Below, piece by piece: positions 59,888 through 64,000 of a stretch of DNA of 64,000 nt. The notes beneath the pieces were generated by a model. The model was not told the DNA's origin. It ran no database searches and was given only the letters and a program-made list of their open reading frames with translations. This DNA comes from Terriglobia bacterium (GTDB lineage Bacteria > Acidobacteriota > Terriglobia > Bryobacterales > Bryobacteraceae), in NCBI GenBank assembly GCA_963808335.1, contig CAWEFR010000005.1, positions 302,683 to 366,682 of the forward strand, in the 5' to 3' direction. The number at the start of each line of letters is the position of its first letter. Within the stretch, counting starts at the first letter, position 1. Made by a program: the position numbers and the translations under genes.

Positions 59888-62717
59888 ATGCCGCAGTCTT
59901 TCATTCAGAGTCGTGCAGTCGGCAGTTGGGCGTTCAGTGCGGCCCACGGAGAGCCTGTGCGCATCCTCGACGTGGAGTCCGTCTGGAACCACACTGTCTA
60001 TGAGGTCTGGGTTCCCCGGCTGGAGAAAGTCGAGAGAGTTCCAGCCGAATCGCTGGCTCCAACTCAATCGCCCAAAACGACCGGCTCAAAGAGGACAGGC
60101 ATCGACCGCATCGCATACGCCGTTTGTGCGGCCCGGATCGCCGACGCATTGACCCAGGACGTTCTGCTGGCTCCACTGGAAGCTGGCGTCATCCCGCTCC
60201 CGCACCAACTCTACGCTCTCACTCGTGCAGTGGGCGACGACCGGATTCGCTACCTGCTGGCCGATGAGGTTGGCTTGGGCAAGACCATCGAGGCTGGGCT
60301 GATCTTTCGGGAACTGAAGCTCCGTGGGCTGGTCAAGCGGGTCCTGGTGGTTGCGCCGAAGGGTCTGGTGACGCAATGGGTTCAGGAAATGCAGACGCAC
60401 TTCGGCGAGGAGTTCCGGCTCCTCACGCCAAGCGAGTTTTCGTTGTGGCGCAACCTCACCGGCTCCGAGAACATCTGGCGGCAATTCGATCAGGTGGTGT
60501 GCCCCGTCGATTCCATCAAGCCAGTTGAGAAGCGGCGAGGTTGGCCGAAGGAGAAGCTGGAAGCCTACAACCAGGAACGCCTCGGTGACCTCATCGACGC
60601 CGGGTGGGATTTGATTATCTGCGATGAGGCCCACCGGCTCGGTGGCAGCACCGAACAGGTCGCCCGGTATCGTCTGGGAAAGGCTCTCGCAGAAGCCGCA
60701 CCCTACTTGCTGCTGCTGTCGGCCACGCCGCACCAGGGCAAGACCGCCAGCTTCCAGCGCCTCATGGCCCTGCTGGACCGTGACGAGTTCAATACTGCTG
60801 GAACGATCCGCCGCGAGAAAGTCGTCCCGCTGGTAATCCGAACGGAGAAGCGGAGAGCGATCAACGAACGGGGCGACCCGCTTTTCTTGCCCCGGCTGAC
60901 CAAGCTGATGCCTGTTCGCTGGGAAGAGAAGCACGAGCTCCAGAAGCATCTCTACGAATCGGTCACGGAGTACGTTCGCCTTGGCTACAACCAGGCGATC
61001 CGGCAGAACCGGCAGTATCTCGGCTTCCTGATGATCCTGATGCAGCGCCTGGTCACCAGCAGCACGCAAGCCATCGCCTCGGCTCTGGAGCGCCGCCTGG
61101 AAGCGCTGCAAGCCACAGACATCACGGCGACCGACGAGGAACCGCCCGAGAACAACGGCGAAGAGCAGGACAGCCAGGAGCAGCTGGACGAACTGCTGTC
61201 CATCCGGCTGGCCGGGTTAGCGAACGAGAAGGAAGAAGTGCGGCTGCTGCTCGATCTGGCTCGGCGCTGTCAGGCGCAGGGACCGGACGCACGAGCCGAA
61301 ACACTGCTCGACATCCTCTATGAGAACCAACGGCAAGAGAACAACCCGGAGTTGAAGTACCTGATCTTCACGGAGTTCGTTCCGACGCAGAACATGCTGC
61401 GGGACTTTCTGGAGCAGCACGGCTTCTCGGTCGTCTGCCTGAACGGGTCGATGGATCTGGACCAGCGGCGGCGAGTCCAGCGGGAGTTCGCAGAGAAGGC
61501 TCGGATTCTTGTTTCGACCGATGCCGGTGGCGAAGGTCTGAACCTGCAATTCGCCCACATCGTCATCAACTACGACCTGCCGTGGAATCCGATGAAGATC
61601 GAGCAGCGCATCGGGCGCGTGGATCGCATCGGCCAGAAGCTCCCCGTGAAGGCGTTCAATCTGATCTTCGAGGACAGCGTGGAACTGCGGGTGCAGGAAG
61701 TTCTTGAAGAAAAACTGGCCACGATTCTGGATCGAGTTCGGCGTGGACAAGACCGAGGACGTGCTCGATTCCGCTGAGAGCGGAGCGATCTTCGAGAGGC
61801 TATACGCACAGGCGATCCTCAATCCCGGCGACATCGAGAAGAACATCGACAAGCTGATTCAGGAAGTTCGGGAGCAGGCGCAACAGGAAGTGGCTGGCCG
61901 GTCGTTCTACGGCGAGACGGTACTTGATCCCGACGCTGGCCCAGCAGTTGAGTAGTCACCCACTGCCGTTCTGGGTCGAGCGGATGACGACGGCGTACCT
62001 GCGCTGTGAAGGCGGCAAGGTGCGATCGGGACTTGTTCAGCTACAGCCTGGAATGGCCCGATGGCAGCAGGATGGAGCGGGTATCGTTCCACAGCCGGGA
62101 TGCGCAGGACCGTGGGTTGCAGCATGTCAGCCTGGAAGACGACCGCATTCGTCGGCTTGTCCAGCAGTTGCCCCGAGTCGTGGTCACCGAGCCGATTCCG
62201 ATGCGTTCGGTTGCAGAGCTTGCCAGCCGAAGTGGTTGGCTACTGGTCGCTGTGGCGGATCACTCTCGACCACCAGTCGTTCCGGGACGTGAAGATCATT
62301 CCGATCTTCCACCATGACGATGGCCGCATTCTGTTGCCCACGGCTCGGCACATTTGGGACCTGCTGCTTGAAGACCGGCCCGAAGTCGAACAGATGGGAA
62401 CGAAGGCCGGCACCGAAGTCGAAGATGTATTCCGGCGTCTGCGATCAGAGGCGGAACGCCAGGGCGAAGACGCCTTCCACGAACTCCATGCCCGGCACCA
62501 GCAGCGATTGAAGCGGGAGCAGGAGAAGGGGCGATACGCCTTCCAGGTTCGGCGAGAAGCCCTGAACCGCATCGGCTTGCCCGAAGTCCGGCAGCATCGT
62601 CTGAAGCGGCTGGACGAAGAGGAGAAGGCCTGGGCTGAAGAACTGCGGAAGCGGGAGCAAGTGTTGCCCGAACTTCAGCCGGTCATTCTCTTGCGGGTGG
62701 AGGCAGGGAATGGCTAA
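59888..62717 (+). pseudogene. brxHII: BREX helicase BrxHII (SNF2/COG0553-type); about 4 frame breaks as assembled (61740-62240)
   Basis: LLADEVGLGKTIEAGL, LIICDEAHRLGG, LLLSATPHQGK, STDAGGEGLNLQFAHIVINYDLPWNPMKIEQRIGRVDRIGQ. Confidence 0.8.
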
Positions 62718-64000
62718 CTGGCGGGACAGCATCCTGAAGAACTTTCAGCCAAAGATTTCCCGGCTGACTCTGGTGGCCGACCCGGACGGTTTGCTGACCG
62801 AGGAAGGGATGCTCTCGGCCATCCGGGAGCGGGGCTTCGACCTGATCCCGTTCGATGATCCCGATCGCGTTCCGCTTCGCCTACGAAGTCGCAGTACCGC
62901 AGCGAGTGGGACCAAGGGCCAGAACACGGATCTTGGTGGTGGTCCTGCGTTCCGCCGAACAGCAGTTGAACAAGCTGCCATTCGATCTGCTGAAGGCTGG
63001 GACGGCCGCTCACATTCGCTTTGCACCAGTTGTTCCCGAAGCTGAACTATCCGGTGATCGCCGGGCTTGACCGTGCCTACCTCGACGCGGTTGCTGAGTG
63101 CGTACGAGAAGCATGACGGCGCCCAGTTGACCGAGCGGGAAACCAAGGACTTCGTCCTGATGCACTGCTTCGGCATCGTGCCGAAGCTCATCAAGACGCC
63201 GGTTGAGTTGCTGAAGGTGCTGCTGTCGCTGCACGCCCGTAAGGTTCGACTGCCCGACTTCCTCAACGACTACCTGCTGGAGAGCCTGACGAAAGACTCG
63301 ACGTTTGCGACGTGGCCGCTGGCCGACATTCTGCCCAGCCGGGAGAAGTTTCTGCGGTTCCTGCAGGACGAATGGCAAAGTCTTCCTTGGCTCCTTCGCC
63401 GACGATGGCACGAACAAGCCGGGTTCCCTTCCAGCCACGAGGACGTGCGTGCCTACATCGACACATTCTTCCTGGACGGCTCGCTGAAGCCGGTCGAACA
63501 GGAAGACGTGGCCAAGCTTCCAGCCTGGGTCCGAACTGGCGTGGTCCACGATCCCAAGGCCGACGCCATGCGGCGATTCCGTGCGCTGCGGCAGAAGTTC
63601 GAGACTGAAATCCCCGGCGCCGAAGTGTCGCACCGGGATTGGCAGCAAGCGGCCCAGCGTTGGGCCGAACTGGTCGTGCTTGCGCTGGGAGTGGGACGAG
63701 GCGATGGACGCCGCCGACCGAACGGCCTGGGCTGATTTGCAGTCGAAGGTGGAGGACGCCTTCGGCCAGTGGATGATGCAGCGTTACGGCTCGCTCCACA
63801 ACCTGCCGTACCACCAACAGCCGGTCATGGTGCATCAGATTCCCCGTTTCTTGGCCGTCGAGCGGGCACGGAAGAAGACTGGCCAAGATCGCACTGCTCG
63901 TGCTGGATGGCCTCGCCTTCGATCAGTGGCTTTTGCTGCGAGAAGAGCCTTGAAGCTGGCGATAAGGCGTGGCGTTTCCAGGAATCGACCGCATTCGCCT
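62710..64000 (+). pseudogene. pglZ: BREX phosphatase-family protein PglZ, 5' part only (runs off window); several frame breaks as assembled
   Basis: MANWRDSILKNFQPKISRLTLVADPDGLLTEEGMLSAIRERGFDLIPFDDP, then IAFRFAYE, ILVVVLRS and LPFDLLKAG in shifted frames. ATG overlaps the brxHII stop. Confidence 0.7.

Overview
High-GC (~60%) bacterial chromosomal segment. The gene repertoire (ECF sigma modules, stacked HlyD/MacB genes, LssY-like and DinB proteins) suggests a soil bacterium of Acidobacteriota type; this is inference only.

Bases 1-27.4 kb are ordinary chromosome:
- a HigBA toxin-antitoxin pair
- a Tat-signal FMN hydroxy-acid dehydrogenase
- an ECF sigma/anti-sigma/Spy-like module
- tRNA-Cys followed by a small-gene segment carrying a REP-like repeat
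- an ACP-KASIII-GT2 mini-cluster
- a lysine-riboswitch-controlled operon (M20 peptidase-asd-lysC-dapB-dapA-dapD)
- three tandem HlyD adaptors plus a MacB-type permease

A 5' fragment of tRNA-Pro (27430-27472) marks the switch to a >36 kb defence island that runs off the right edge. No integrase or transposase is visible in the window. The island contains:
- AbiEi/AbiEii
- an orphan HEPN-like ORF
- a translationally coupled SNF2 helicase-SbcD-like-SbcC-like operon
- a type III-B (Cmr) effector operon with no CRISPR array, cas6 or adaptation genes, carrying a Cmr6-Cmr1 fusion and bracketed by two CARF proteins
- an RHH + DUF932 pair
- a type 3 BREX cassette (brxF-brxC-[extra gene]-pglXI-brxHII-pglZ) with a ~1,200-aa SF1 helicase-nuclease nested between brxC and pglXI

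The best candidates for something undescribed are the nested helicase-nuclease, the SNF2/SbcCD-like trio and the unusual Cmr module.

Caveat: many genes are broken by 1-nt indels, and the breaks are clustered (lysine operon, SNF2/SbcC, BREX). These are called pseudogene 'as assembled' but are probably consensus errors. All functional calls come from motif recognition by eye; no searches were run.
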